Below are positions 53,014-60,665 of a stretch of DNA of 64,000 nucleotides, piece after piece (position 1 is the first letter of the stretch; each line of letters begins with the position of its first letter). The stretch spans positions 1 through 64,000 of the IMG/VR virus record IMGVR_UViG_3300043388_000012. One strand, 5' to 3'. The position numbers were made by a program, and so were the translations under genes. The DNA comes from a virus (taxonomy: Duplodnaviria; Caudoviricetes). Under the pieces are notes generated by a model that saw only the letters and a list, made by a program, of their open reading frames with translations, was not told where the DNA came from and searched no databases.

Positions 53014-53160
53014 TCAGGTCGACTTTTTGGCGGCGCATTGCGCGCGGTTGATCTGCTCCCAAAGTGCTTCGAGAGCGAGCGTCAGAGCTTTGGCTTCGTC
53101 CGTATCTCCCATGCGGGAGAGCTTGGCTTCGATGATGTGAACCGCGGTGATTTTTTCCAT
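53014..53160 (-). CDS. 48 aa cassette gene absent from the ORF track, predicted leaderless
   Basis: MEKITAVHIIEAKLSRMGDTDEAKALTLALEALWEQINRAQCAAKKST; ATG 6 nt after -10 TACTGT. Confidence 0.7.
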   Translation of the reverse strand: MEKITAVHIIEAKLSRMGDTDEAKALTLALEALWEQINRAQCAAKKST

Positions 53161-53169
53161 GTCCAAACA

Positions 53170-53185
53170 GTACCGGATGCGGGAC
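53170..53185 (-). promoter_or_regulatory. Motif B operator/promoter
   Basis: GTACCGGATGCGGGAC. Confidence 0.85.
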
Positions 53186-53239
53186 AGATAAGCAAGCCGA
53201 GTTCAAGGGGGAGATACCCTCCCCCTTGGTAGGCAAGTC

Positions 53240-53542
53240 TTAGAACTTACCGACGTTGCGGCGGATTTCCGCAACGATGGTGATTTGGATGCCGCATGCG
53301 GCGGCCCATTCGAGCCAGCCTTCGCGCAAGCGCTCGATCGCGTACTCCTCGGACTTGTGTCCGTTGATGCAGTCAACCGCGGCAGGTCGACCGCGGCCTT
53401 TGATCGTTTCCGCCCATTTTACGAGCGAGACCGAGTCTTTCGACCCTTTGATCGAGATGCCGACAATGGAGTTGCCCGGAGTGAAGAAAGACGTGCCAGT
53501 GATGATTTGGAGTTGCGCGATGCTGTTGTTGTTCGTGGTCAT
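53240..53542 (-). CDS. Cassette gene, leadered
   Basis: GGAG RBS; MTTNNNSIAQ...; downstream hairpin CAAGGGGGAG..CTCCCCCTTG (53204-53228). Confidence 0.7.
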   Translation of the reverse strand: MTTNNNSIAQLQIITGTSFFTPGNSIVGISIKGSKDSVSLVKWAETIKGRGRPAAVDCINGHKSEEYAIERLREGWLEWAAACGIQITIVAEIRRNVGKF

Positions 53543-53582
53543 GTTGTTCGGCTCCGGGTTGTTGCGTTGACTTGGTAAACGT

Positions 53583-53598
53583 GGCCCGCATCCGGGAC
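53583..53598 (-). promoter_or_regulatory. Motif B operator, leftward promoter at the divergence centre
   Basis: GGCCCGCATCCGGGAC. Confidence 0.82.
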
Positions 53599-53662
53599 AG
53601 ATGCAAACCGAATCGAGCCGATTTTGCGGGCGATGTAGGCAAGCCGATTTCGGGTTGCACGT

Positions 53663-53678
53663 GTCCCGCATCCGGGAT
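53663..53678 (+). promoter_or_regulatory. Motif B operator, rightward promoter at the divergence centre
   Basis: GTCCCGCATCCGGGAT. Confidence 0.85.
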
Positions 53679-53689
53679 AGGTTAGACGT

Positions 53690-54145
53690 ATGGACAACGG
53701 CAACGACAAACCAACGATTCAGAGCTTCGGCGTGCTGGCTGGCGCGTACCTGAACCACGCGAAAGACACTGCGTTTCTCACGCATGCGTGCGAGGTCGAC
53801 TCGAACGGCTATCCGGTCAAGGTCCTCTGCAACCGAGTGAAGGCAGAGCACATCTGTCCGGATGGCTACTCGGACGAAGAGTTAGCGGGCCCTGCTACCT
53901 GCCCTGCCTGTGCGAAGAAGGACCCTCGGCATCTCACACGAGAGCGCAAGGAGGCGTTGATCTGGCGACATACGTCGAAGGATTACCGCGGAGTCGTTGG
54001 CGGCGCGAAGACGATCCTTGTGCTCCGGTTGGGCGGAACTACGCTCGTACCGCTCTCCGGTCTCACGGATGCGGAGCTAGCGAGCGAGCTCAAGAGCGCG
54101 CAGCACGCCGAAGCCAAGCGGCTGGCGAAGAAGACGGCGAAGTGA
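53690..54145 (+). CDS. Cassette gene, predicted leaderless
   Basis: TTGCAC-17 nt-TAGGTT-6 nt-ATG. Confidence 0.78.
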   Translation: MDNGNDKPTIQSFGVLAGAYLNHAKDTAFLTHACEVDSNGYPVKVLCNRVKAEHICPDGYSDEELAGPATCPACAKKDPRHLTRERKEALIWRHTSKDYRGVVGGAKTILVLRLGGTTLVPLSGLTDAELASELKSAQHAEAKRLAKKTAK

Positions 54146-54372
54146 TGGATGCGATCACATGGACGCTACAGGCAGGTACTCCGCACTACGCGTCTAGCTG
54201 CGGCCGCTACGTTGCTCTGTATGTGCGCACGAGCCGGACAGGCTTCGCGATCTACCGAGTGTTCCGGGCAAGCCTGCCGTATGCACAGCGGAAAGAACGC
54301 AACGCGCTCTCGGTCGGCGGCTTGCCAGCTCTCGCCTATTGGGAGCGCAAGGAGCTCCCAGAAGGAATGTAA
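54145..54372 (+). CDS. Hypothetical gene coupled to 53690-54145
   Basis: TGATG overlap; its stop TAA lies inside motif A at 54368. Confidence 0.6.
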   Translation: MDAITWTLQAGTPHYASSCGRYVALYVRTSRTGFAIYRVFRASLPYAQRKERNALSVGGLPALAYWERKELPEGM

Positions 54373-54385
54373 CCTCGAGGATACA
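54368..54385. promoter_or_regulatory. Motif A site
   Basis: TGTAACCTCGAGGATACA, overlaps the stop at 54372. Confidence 0.85.
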
Positions 54386-54437
54386 CGGAGGCGTGTAGGA
54401 TGCCGCCTCCAAAATCGGTGCGAGTCGAGTTGCATCC

Positions 54438-54453
54438 ATCCCGCATCCGGGAC
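54438..54453 (+). promoter_or_regulatory. Motif B operator/promoter
   Basis: ATCCCGCATCCGGGAC. Confidence 0.85.
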
Positions 54454-54492
54454 ACATTGAGATTGTCAGCAGCAACCGAAGGACGAACGAAG

Positions 54493-54726
54493 ATGACCGC
54501 GAACACTTGGTACACGATGAGCTTCCGCGATGGTGTGGTCGTCTACTTCCTCCCGAACGGCGAGATTCAAAAGAACAGCAAGCGAGTTGGCTTGCTCGTG
54601 ACAGTCGATACCACGCGACCGCGCGCCAAGCCGAGCTCCAAGAAGTCCGCTGTTCATCCTCTCGAGTTCAGCGGCTGGAAGGTCGCAGAGATTGTGCCTG
54701 CCGCCGTCGCACTTCTCGGGATGTGA
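54493..54726 (+). CDS. Cassette gene, leadered
   Basis: GAAGGA RBS downstream of the motif-B promoter at 54430. Confidence 0.7.
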   Translation: MTANTWYTMSFRDGVVVYFLPNGEIQKNSKRVGLLVTVDTTRPRAKPSSKKSAVHPLEFSGWKVAEIVPAAVALLGM

Positions 54727-54837
54727 GCAACACCTACACGGGAAATCGGATCGGGACGGAGCGTATGACACCTAACCTCGAAGCTCGTGCGGTTGCGGAG
54801 GCTTGCGAGCAATCGGTCTAGACCGGCTTGCACATCT

Positions 54838-54853
54838 GTCCCGCATCCGGCAC
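54838..54853 (+). promoter_or_regulatory. Motif B operator/promoter
   Basis: GTCCCGCATCCGGCAC. Confidence 0.85.
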
Positions 54854-54862
54854 AGTAACGGT

Positions 54863-55105
54863 ATGAACACGGCAACGAAAACGGCTCTCCAGACCAACGC
54901 AACGCGGATCGCGACCTGGATGGCGGCCGCCGACGAGGATGGCGATGGCTCGCCGATTCAAGGGATGGCTGCGAAAGTCTCCGAGCTGGCGCAAACCCTG
55001 CTCGCGATTCGCGATACCGCATGGTCGCGCACTCTCCTGACAGTGCTCCCGATGCACCTGCGAGACCGCGTGATCGCGGCAGGCCGCCAGCTGAAAGCAG
55101 CCTAG
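54863..55105 (+). CDS. Cassette gene, predicted leaderless
   Basis: TTGCAC-17 nt-CACAGT-6 nt-ATG. Confidence 0.75.
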   Translation: MNTATKTALQTNATRIATWMAAADEDGDGSPIQGMAAKVSELAQTLLAIRDTAWSRTLLTVLPMHLRDRVIAAGRQLKAA

Positions 55106-55227
55106 GGGGAAGGAGCTAGGGAGCCTCGAACGGGCTCCCGGAGGCACTACGGAGCCGGAATAGCCCGGCTCCCGAGCTCTGGAGCTGAAGCGGATCGGAT
55201 CGGCCCCGATCGATGGTAGGATAGGGT

Positions 55228-55437
55228 ATGCGAACAAAGTCAAAAGTGAGTGCGAAACAGCAAGCAGCTCGGGAGCTTCTTGCGGCAGAGCTTCCGCCTG
55301 TGTCGGACAAAATCATGCTCCGTGAGTTTCTGCGGCTGAAGGGGCTAACACGCGACGATCTCGCTACGTCTGACGTCGATGACTTGCAGCGCCTACAAGC
55401 CTACTTTCAGGCAGTTGAGCGGATTTTCCACGTGTAG
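55228..55437 (+). CDS. Small gene without a motif-B operator
   Basis: TAGGAT 5 nt before ATG. Confidence 0.55.
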   Translation: MRTKSKVSAKQQAARELLAAELPPVSDKIMLREFLRLKGLTRDDLATSDVDDLQRLQAYFQAVERIFHV

Positions 55438-55477
55438 GCATCGAGCGCTAAAAATCGGAGCCGATCGTGTTGCATGT

Positions 55478-55493
55478 CTCCCGTATCCGGGAC
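55478..55493 (+). promoter_or_regulatory. Motif B operator/promoter
   Basis: CTCCCGTATCCGGGAC. Confidence 0.85.
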
Positions 55494-55504
55494 ACAATCT
55501 CTCT

Positions 55505-55834
55505 ATGGCAACCGAACACACCGTAGCACTGACGATTCTCGCGCAACTCGGCAACCGCTGCATGCAGATGATCGGCGCGAAGAACATCCTGACCTCCGAG
55601 AACGCGCTCACCTTCAAGATTGGGCGCAACGCTAAGAGCGTGTCGCACATCCGCATCTCCCTTGATGCTGATGACACCTACACGATCGAAGCTCTCCGAG
55701 TGCGGAAGCAGAACGGTGTGCCGAAGTGCACGACGGTCGAGATTAGCTCGTGTGTGTACGTTGACCGGATGCACAAGACGATCGAGCGCTTCACGGGCAT
55801 GTATACGAGCCTCGGCACGATGGGCGCGAAGTAG
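55505..55834 (+). CDS. Cassette gene, predicted leaderless
   Basis: TTGCAT-17 nt-CACAAT-6 nt-ATG. Confidence 0.78.
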   Translation: MATEHTVALTILAQLGNRCMQMIGAKNILTSENALTFKIGRNAKSVSHIRISLDADDTYTIEALRVRKQNGVPKCTTVEISSCVYVDRMHKTIERFTGMYTSLGTMGAK

Positions 55835-55846
55835 GCGGTTGCCGAA

Positions 55847-55870
55847 GCGGGAGGTATATATACCTCCCGC
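55847..55870. repeat. Perfect 24-bp palindrome GCGGGAGGTATATATACCTCCCGC
   Basis: Read directly; core AGGTATATATACCT recurs at 55890-55903. Confidence 0.95.
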
Positions 55871-55934
55871 ACATCGGCGTTTCACCTACAGGTATATATA
55901 CCTCTCCCGGAACTTCAGAGATCGGCTTGCGTGT

Positions 55935-55950
55935 GTACCGGATGCGGGAC
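55935..55950 (+). promoter_or_regulatory. Motif B operator/promoter
   Basis: GTACCGGATGCGGGAC. Confidence 0.85.
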
Positions 55951-55961
55951 ACAATCTGATC

Positions 55962-56333
55962 ATGAGCAACGCGGTCAAGTTCCTCGGTACCTCGGATGAA
56001 GTCACAACCTGTGACTGCTGCGGCAAGGCGAATCTCAAGAGCACGGTCGCTCTGTCCATCGATGAAGCCGAGCCTGTGCATTTCGGCGTTACCTGTGCGG
56101 CGCGCGCGTTGAAGACTGGCGTAAACGAGGTCAAGCGCGGCACTGCTGCAGCCGACCGGGAGCGCGCAGAAGCGGAGCGCAAAGCACGCGCCGAAGCGGA
56201 GCGAGTTGCTTCGGCTCCTTGGTACGCCTTCCTTGCGGCTCACGGCATGGGCGACAACAACTTCAGCCGCATCGAGTCACTTGGCGGCTACAAGGCGGCG
56301 CGCGCGCGGTTCGAGGCGGAGCAGGGCAAGTAG
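55962..56333 (+). CDS. Cassette gene with Zn finger, predicted leaderless
   Basis: TTGCGT-17 nt-CACAAT-6 nt-ATG; CDCCG..HFGVTCA. Confidence 0.78.
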   Translation: MSNAVKFLGTSDEVTTCDCCGKANLKSTVALSIDEAEPVHFGVTCAARALKTGVNEVKRGTAAADRERAEAERKARAEAERVASAPWYAFLAAHGMGDNNFSRIESLGGYKAARARFEAEQGK

Positions 56334-56372
56334 GATACCGGCTCCAGAATCGGATCGGGGCGGCTTGCGATA

Positions 56373-56388
56373 GTCCCGCATCCGGGAC
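56373..56388 (+). promoter_or_regulatory. Motif B operator/promoter (perfect arms)
   Basis: GTCCCGCATCCGGGAC. Confidence 0.87.
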
Positions 56389-56399
56389 ACTATGACTGC

Positions 56400-56648
56400 A
56401 TGGACACAGCAAACACGGCGGAACGGTTGGCGGCGAAACTGACTCAGGAACTGAATCGGATCGTGGGCGACCGGGGCAAGGTTATCCACGTTGTCACCGA
56501 AGGTCTCGGGCATGGCTGGTGTGTGGTCTTCGACACGGAACATGCCGCGCTCAAGGCGTACCACACCTACAGGTACTCGAAGGGTATTACCTTCGGCGAG
56601 TCGAAGAACCTGAACGGCTGGTATATCTCGACTGAACCCACGGTGTAG
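56400..56648 (+). CDS. Cassette gene, predicted leaderless
   Basis: TTGCGA-17 nt-CACTAT-6 nt-ATG. Confidence 0.78.
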   Translation: MDTANTAERLAAKLTQELNRIVGDRGKVIHVVTEGLGHGWCVVFDTEHAALKAYHTYRYSKGITFGESKNLNGWYISTEPTV

Positions 56649-56676
56649 GCACAATCGGATCGGGGCCCTTGCATGG

Positions 56677-56692
56677 GTCCCGCATCCGGGAC
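56677..56692 (+). promoter_or_regulatory. Motif B operator/promoter (perfect arms)
   Basis: GTCCCGCATCCGGGAC. Confidence 0.87.
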
Positions 56693-56703
56693 ACAATCTA
56701 TTC

Positions 56704-56973
56704 ATGCAATCGAATCAAGCAACGCAGACGAAGACGAAGAAGCCGAGCAAAACTGCCATGAAGTTCCTCGGCCTTGCCGCCAAGGTCAACAGCTGGTCGC
56801 ACAAGCTCGAAGGTACGCACATCGCCAACATGAAAGATTGGTGGATTGAGCTTGAAGCCGCGGGTTACTGCGAGATCACGCACACGGTAGGTGCGATGTG
56901 GTGCAAGATTACGCCTGCCGGTCGCATCGCACTCGACGCGCACATCGCATCGGGCGGTAAGGTAGCGCGCTGA
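56704..56973 (+). CDS. Cassette gene, winged-helix-like, predicted leaderless
   Basis: TTGCAT-17 nt-CACAAT-6 nt-ATG; WIELEAAGYC...WCKITPAGRIAL. Confidence 0.75.
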   Translation: MQSNQATQTKTKKPSKTAMKFLGLAAKVNSWSHKLEGTHIANMKDWWIELEAAGYCEITHTVGAMWCKITPAGRIALDAHIASGGKVAR

Positions 56974-57041
56974 AATCCTAAGGGATGACGGGGGGAGCAG
57001 GACGGCTCCCCCAGAATCGGCATTGCTCGGCTTGCATATCT

Positions 57042-57057
57042 GTCCCCCATGCGGGAT
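57042..57057 (+). promoter_or_regulatory. Motif B operator/promoter
   Basis: GTCCCCCATGCGGGAT. Confidence 0.8.
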
Positions 57058-57066
57058 AGTTACTGC

Positions 57067-57492
57067 ATGGACAGCAACGCAGTACTGGTTGATGTGACTC
57101 GGTTCATGTACGCGGGAAACGCGAGTTTCACCGTAGTTTCCAACGCGACGGGCGTGCGCTTCACGTTCAAGGTTCGCGCCAAGGAAGTCGAAGGCGGCGC
57201 CACGCTTCACTTTGTGTCGGTCCTGACAGGCTCCGATAACGAGAGCGATTACACGTTCCTCGGAACCATCTTCAACCGCACGAGCTTCCGGCATGGCGCG
57301 CGATCGAGCATCGGAGTGGCAGCGCCATCGGCGAAGGCCTTTGCATGGTTCTTCCGCAATGTTGCAGGCGGTAAGCTGCAAGGCGCGACAGTGCATCACG
57401 AAGGCCGCTGCGGCCGCTGCGGCCGGAAGCTGACGGTTCCTGAGTCGATCCTGACCGGGCTAGGGCCCGAGTGCGCTGGTAAGGCGGCCTGA
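57067..57492 (+). CDS. Cassette gene with DUF6011-like Zn finger, predicted leaderless
   Basis: TTGCAT-17 nt-GATAGT-6 nt-ATG; CGRCGRKLTVPESILTGLGPEC. Confidence 0.75.
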   Translation: MDSNAVLVDVTRFMYAGNASFTVVSNATGVRFTFKVRAKEVEGGATLHFVSVLTGSDNESDYTFLGTIFNRTSFRHGARSSIGVAAPSAKAFAWFFRNVAGGKLQGATVHHEGRCGRCGRKLTVPESILTGLGPECAGKAA

Positions 57493-57621
57493 TAGCGAGC
57501 AACCCGGAGGCGGCAAGGAAGCCGCTTCCCAGCTCGCTGGAGCGGAGCAGGAGAGCGGGAAGCTAGCTCAACCTGTCCCGCAAATAGCGCGGCTCTCCGA
57601 GCCTGTGAGAGCTTCCGGTCA

Positions 57622-58329
57622 GTGGAGACAGCAACCCGATCGAAGCCGAAGCCGCGCACGAGACTGAAGCAGAGCTCGCCAAAATCGAGACCGCCGATCG
57701 AGCTGAAGTCGAGACCGCCGAAGCAGGCGAAGTCGAGACCGCCAAAAGCCGATCGGAGTGTATCCTCGAGGTTACACGTGCAGATGGTTCCGCTGAGTCA
57801 GCTCCTAGAGTGGCCAGGAAACCCTAAAGAGCACGACTTGGAGACTCTGGGGGAGAGTTTCGAGAGGTTCGGCTACGTCGAGCCTATCGTGTATGACGAA
57901 GGCAGTAAGCGGATCGTTGCTGGCCACGGTAGGCGCGAAAAGTTGCTGGCATGGAAGCAGAGCGGGAAAGCTCCCCCTGCTCGTGTCGTTGTGCGTAATG
58001 GCGAGTGGTATGTGCCTGTGCTGCGCGGAGTCTCGTTTCCAAACGCACACGAAGCCGAAGCGTACCTACTCACCAGCAACCAAGGTGTGATCCGAGGGGG
58101 GTACAACGCAACCGCGCTCGCAGAGATGCTCTCCAGACATGTGGATGATTCGAACGGTATCGGTTGGAGCTCCGACGAGATCAGCGACCTGATAGGCAAA
58201 GCGCAGAAGGCCGCTCAAACGTCTTACAACGAGTCGATCGCTCCGGATGAACCGGAAGCATACGAGCAACCGAAGCCCGTTACGCATACCTGTCAGAACT
58301 GCGGAGCGACGGTTGCCTGCAATCAATAG
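57622..58329 (+). CDS. ParB-N (ParB/Srx) domain protein; start may be 57784
   Basis: VPLSQLLEWPGNPKEH...FGYVEPIVYD...IVAGHGR. Confidence 0.8.
   Translation: METATRSKPKPRTRLKQSSPKSRPPIELKSRPPKQAKSRPPKADRSVSSRLHVQMVPLSQLLEWPGNPKEHDLETLGESFERFGYVEPIVYDEGSKRIVAGHGRREKLLAWKQSGKAPPARVVVRNGEWYVPVLRGVSFPNAHEAEAYLLTSNQGVIRGGYNATALAEMLSRHVDDSNGIGWSSDEISDLIGKAQKAAQTSYNESIAPDEPEAYEQPKPVTHTCQNCGATVACNQ
57685..57743 (+). repeat. TCGAGACCGCC x3 with a 24-nt period
   Basis: Copies at 57685, 57709 and 57733. Confidence 0.85.
57759..57776. promoter_or_regulatory. Motif A site (reverse orientation)
   Basis: TGTATCCTCGAGGTTACA, 8 nt before the ParB-domain ATG 57784. Confidence 0.85.
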
Positions 58330-58395
58330 CGCGGTGATCTCGAAGCTCAAAACGTGCAGGTGTTACGCTCCAGTCGTTTGGAGGCTTGAGAACCA

Positions 58396-58698
58396 ATGCG
58401 GCTTGAATCGTATCCACTCAACATTAAAGCGACAGCTGGCAACGGAACGTCGCAGCTAGTTCGCGACTTGCGTGAGAAATACGTTCAGATCGGCGGCGGA
58501 GCGTTCACAGGCTCGTTGCAAGTCGAAGTGAGCTTGAACGGCGGCACTGACTATTTCGCGTCGGGCGCTGCGATCACTGCTCCGATCGTGTTCAGCATCC
58601 CAGAGCCTGCGACGCATATCCGCATCGTTACCGGCTCGCTCTCGCTAGGTGCCCCGACCGCCTGTGTCAACGGCTACAACACCCGAACAGAGGGCTGA
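58396..58698 (+). CDS. Small beta-rich protein, possibly structural
   Basis: Coupled to the portal gene; LQVEVSLNGGTDYF. Confidence 0.55.
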   Translation: MRLESYPLNIKATAGNGTSQLVRDLREKYVQIGGGAFTGSLQVEVSLNGGTDYFASGAAITAPIVFSIPEPATHIRIVTGSLSLGAPTACVNGYNTRTEG

Positions 58699-60665
58699 TG
58701 GGAGCGGACGGCGAACAGTCTGCGGAGCAGCACATCGACGCTTCGCTACCGCGGGAGGTCATCGTCAAGGCATACGCGATCGGCAACGATCGGGTGAGCC
58801 TCGAGAAGGCAGATCAACAGTCAACGACTGACTCGATCTCGACCTTGTTCGGCGATGCGGCGATGAAGATCGATGCGATCGATCCTCCGTATGACCCGGA
58901 GCGGTTGTGTCGTGTGTACGAATACTCGAGTCTGTTGCGTCAGAACGTCGACGCTTACAAAACGAACATCGACGGCTTCGGCCATGTGTTCGAGCCTGTG
59001 ATTCAGCTCAAGGAAGCGGGAGCTCGCGACCTGGTCTCTGACGCGATCGAACTTGAGCGCGCTGAGAAAGCGAATACGGGCGCAGAAGGCGGGTTCGCCG
59101 AGTTTCAGCCGGTGACTCCAGATGACATCACTAAGAAGATCGAGGCGCTCAAGTACCTAATGCGCCTCGAAGAAGCTCGTATCAAGAGCTTCTTCCAATC
59201 GTGCGTTGCAGAAGAAAGCTTCACTTCACTTCGTCGTAAAACTCGAGAAGACATCGAGGTCACAGGTAACGGTTACTGGGAAGTGCTCCGCAACGATGCT
59301 GGCGGGATTTCGCAGTTCGTACACATGCCAGCTCGCTCGGTTCGAGTCACGAAGAACAAGGGCAACCCGGCTACCGTCTCGCAGCAGGTTCGTACAGGTC
59401 TCTTCACGTTCCGAACCGAGACCTATCGGCGGAAGTTTCGACGCTACGTGCAGACGAGCGGCGATGATTCGCGCTACTTCAAAGAGTTCGGAGACCCTGC
59501 AGTCGTATCGAGCAAGTCAGGCCGTGAGTTCGCAACACTCGAAGAACTGCAGGCCGCAGAAGAAGGCGTCGACGCTGCAAACGAGGTCTTTCACTTCAAG
59601 ATTCACAGCGTGAAGAGTGGCGCCTATGGCGTGCCTCGTTGGATCGGCAACCTGCTAAGTGTGCTCGGCTCTCGCAGTGCCGAAGAAGTGAATCTCGCGT
59701 ACTTCAACAACAAGAGTGTGCCTCCGATGGCCATTCTCGTCTCAGGCGGTAGGCTCGGCGAAGAGTCGGTCAAGCGCATCGAAGACTTCGTTGAGACGAA
59801 GCTCAAAGGCGCGAACAACTTTCATAAAATCCTCGTGATCGAGGCGGAGACTACAGCCGGCTCGCTCGGTATGGCAGAGAACACTGGGAGCATGCGCGTC
59901 GAGATCAAGACACTGACCGACGCGCAACTCAAAGATGGTTTGTTTCTGCAGTATGACGCGGCGAACATGGATAAGGTCGGCATGGGCTTTCGCCTGCCGC
60001 GCTTGCTCCGCGGCGACATCCGAGACTTCAACCGCGCATCCGCGGAAGCCGCGCTCGACTTCGCTGAGTCACAAGTCTTCGTGCCTGAACGCAACGACTT
60101 CGACTTCGCTATGAACCGGTTCATTCTGCCCTGCTTCGGGATCAAATATTGGACGTTCAAGTCCAATGGCCCGCGGCTCTCTGATGCGCAGAGTTGGGGT
60201 GAGATGATCACGAAGCTCACGACCGCGGGCATCCTCACTCCCGAAGACGCCCGTGAACTCGTAGGCAAGAAGGTGCTCGCCTCCGAGCTGGCGGTCATCG
60301 ATGCCGATTGGGTCAAGCAGCCACTCGCTCTGACCATCGCTGGCATCCAAGCCGACACAGTTCTCGATGGTGAGATCCCGATGATCGATGCAGCCGGTTC
60401 GGTTGCTGGCGGAGTGTCGGCAGATCCGAACGTCGGCATATCGATCGGCGATCCGAGCCTCGCGATGAAGGCGAAGTCGATTCTCGCTCGCAAGGCGAAG
60501 TCGCTCCTGAAGCTCCGCGATGCCTTCATGAAGGAAGAAGCGACTGCAGCCGTCGCATCGTACAAGCGCGAACGTGCAGCCGAGCAGGCGGCGAGCGGAG
60601 AGCTCGTGATCAAGATGTCTGCGGCTGACATCGCATCTCAGCTCGGTATCACGAAGGTCTCGTAA
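58698..60665 (+). CDS. Phage portal protein (PBSX-like)
   Basis: GNGYWEVLR, YGVPRWIG, YFNNKSVPPMAILVSGG, FRLPRLLRGD, FNRASAEAA. Confidence 0.88.
   Translation: MGADGEQSAEQHIDASLPREVIVKAYAIGNDRVSLEKADQQSTTDSISTLFGDAAMKIDAIDPPYDPERLCRVYEYSSLLRQNVDAYKTNIDGFGHVFEPVIQLKEAGARDLVSDAIELERAEKANTGAEGGFAEFQPVTPDDITKKIEALKYLMRLEEARIKSFFQSCVAEESFTSLRRKTREDIEVTGNGYWEVLRNDAGGISQFVHMPARSVRVTKNKGNPATVSQQVRTGLFTFRTETYRRKFRRYVQTSGDDSRYFKEFGDPAVVSSKSGREFATLEELQAAEEGVDAANEVFHFKIHSVKSGAYGVPRWIGNLLSVLGSRSAEEVNLAYFNNKSVPPMAILVSGGRLGEESVKRIEDFVETKLKGANNFHKILVIEAETTAGSLGMAENTGSMRVEIKTLTDAQLKDGLFLQYDAANMDKVGMGFRLPRLLRGDIRDFNRASAEAALDFAESQVFVPERNDFDFAMNRFILPCFGIKYWTFKSNGPRLSDAQSWGEMITKLTTAGILTPEDARELVGKKVLASELAVIDADWVKQPLALTIAGIQADTVLDGEIPMIDAAGSVAGGVSADPNVGISIGDPSLAMKAKSILARKAKSLLKLRDAFMKEEATAAVASYKRERAAEQAASGELVIKMSAADIASQLGITKVS

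Noticed and set aside
55847-55903. Protelomerase (telRL) site
   Set aside because: Much shorter than known telRL palindromes, and no protelomerase gene is visible in the window
50795-57492. CRISPR array or integron attC array
   Set aside because: Repeats are separated by 300-700 nt protein-coding segments, switch orientation at 53.6 kb and contain promoter boxes; no cas genes or attC-type GTTRRRY/RYYYAAC boundaries were seen
57759-57776. Motif A as canonical parS for the ParB-domain gene
   Set aside because: It differs from TGTTTCACGTGAAACA in length and core, and the ParB ORF shows only the N-terminal domain with no clear HTH; kept only as an untested possibility
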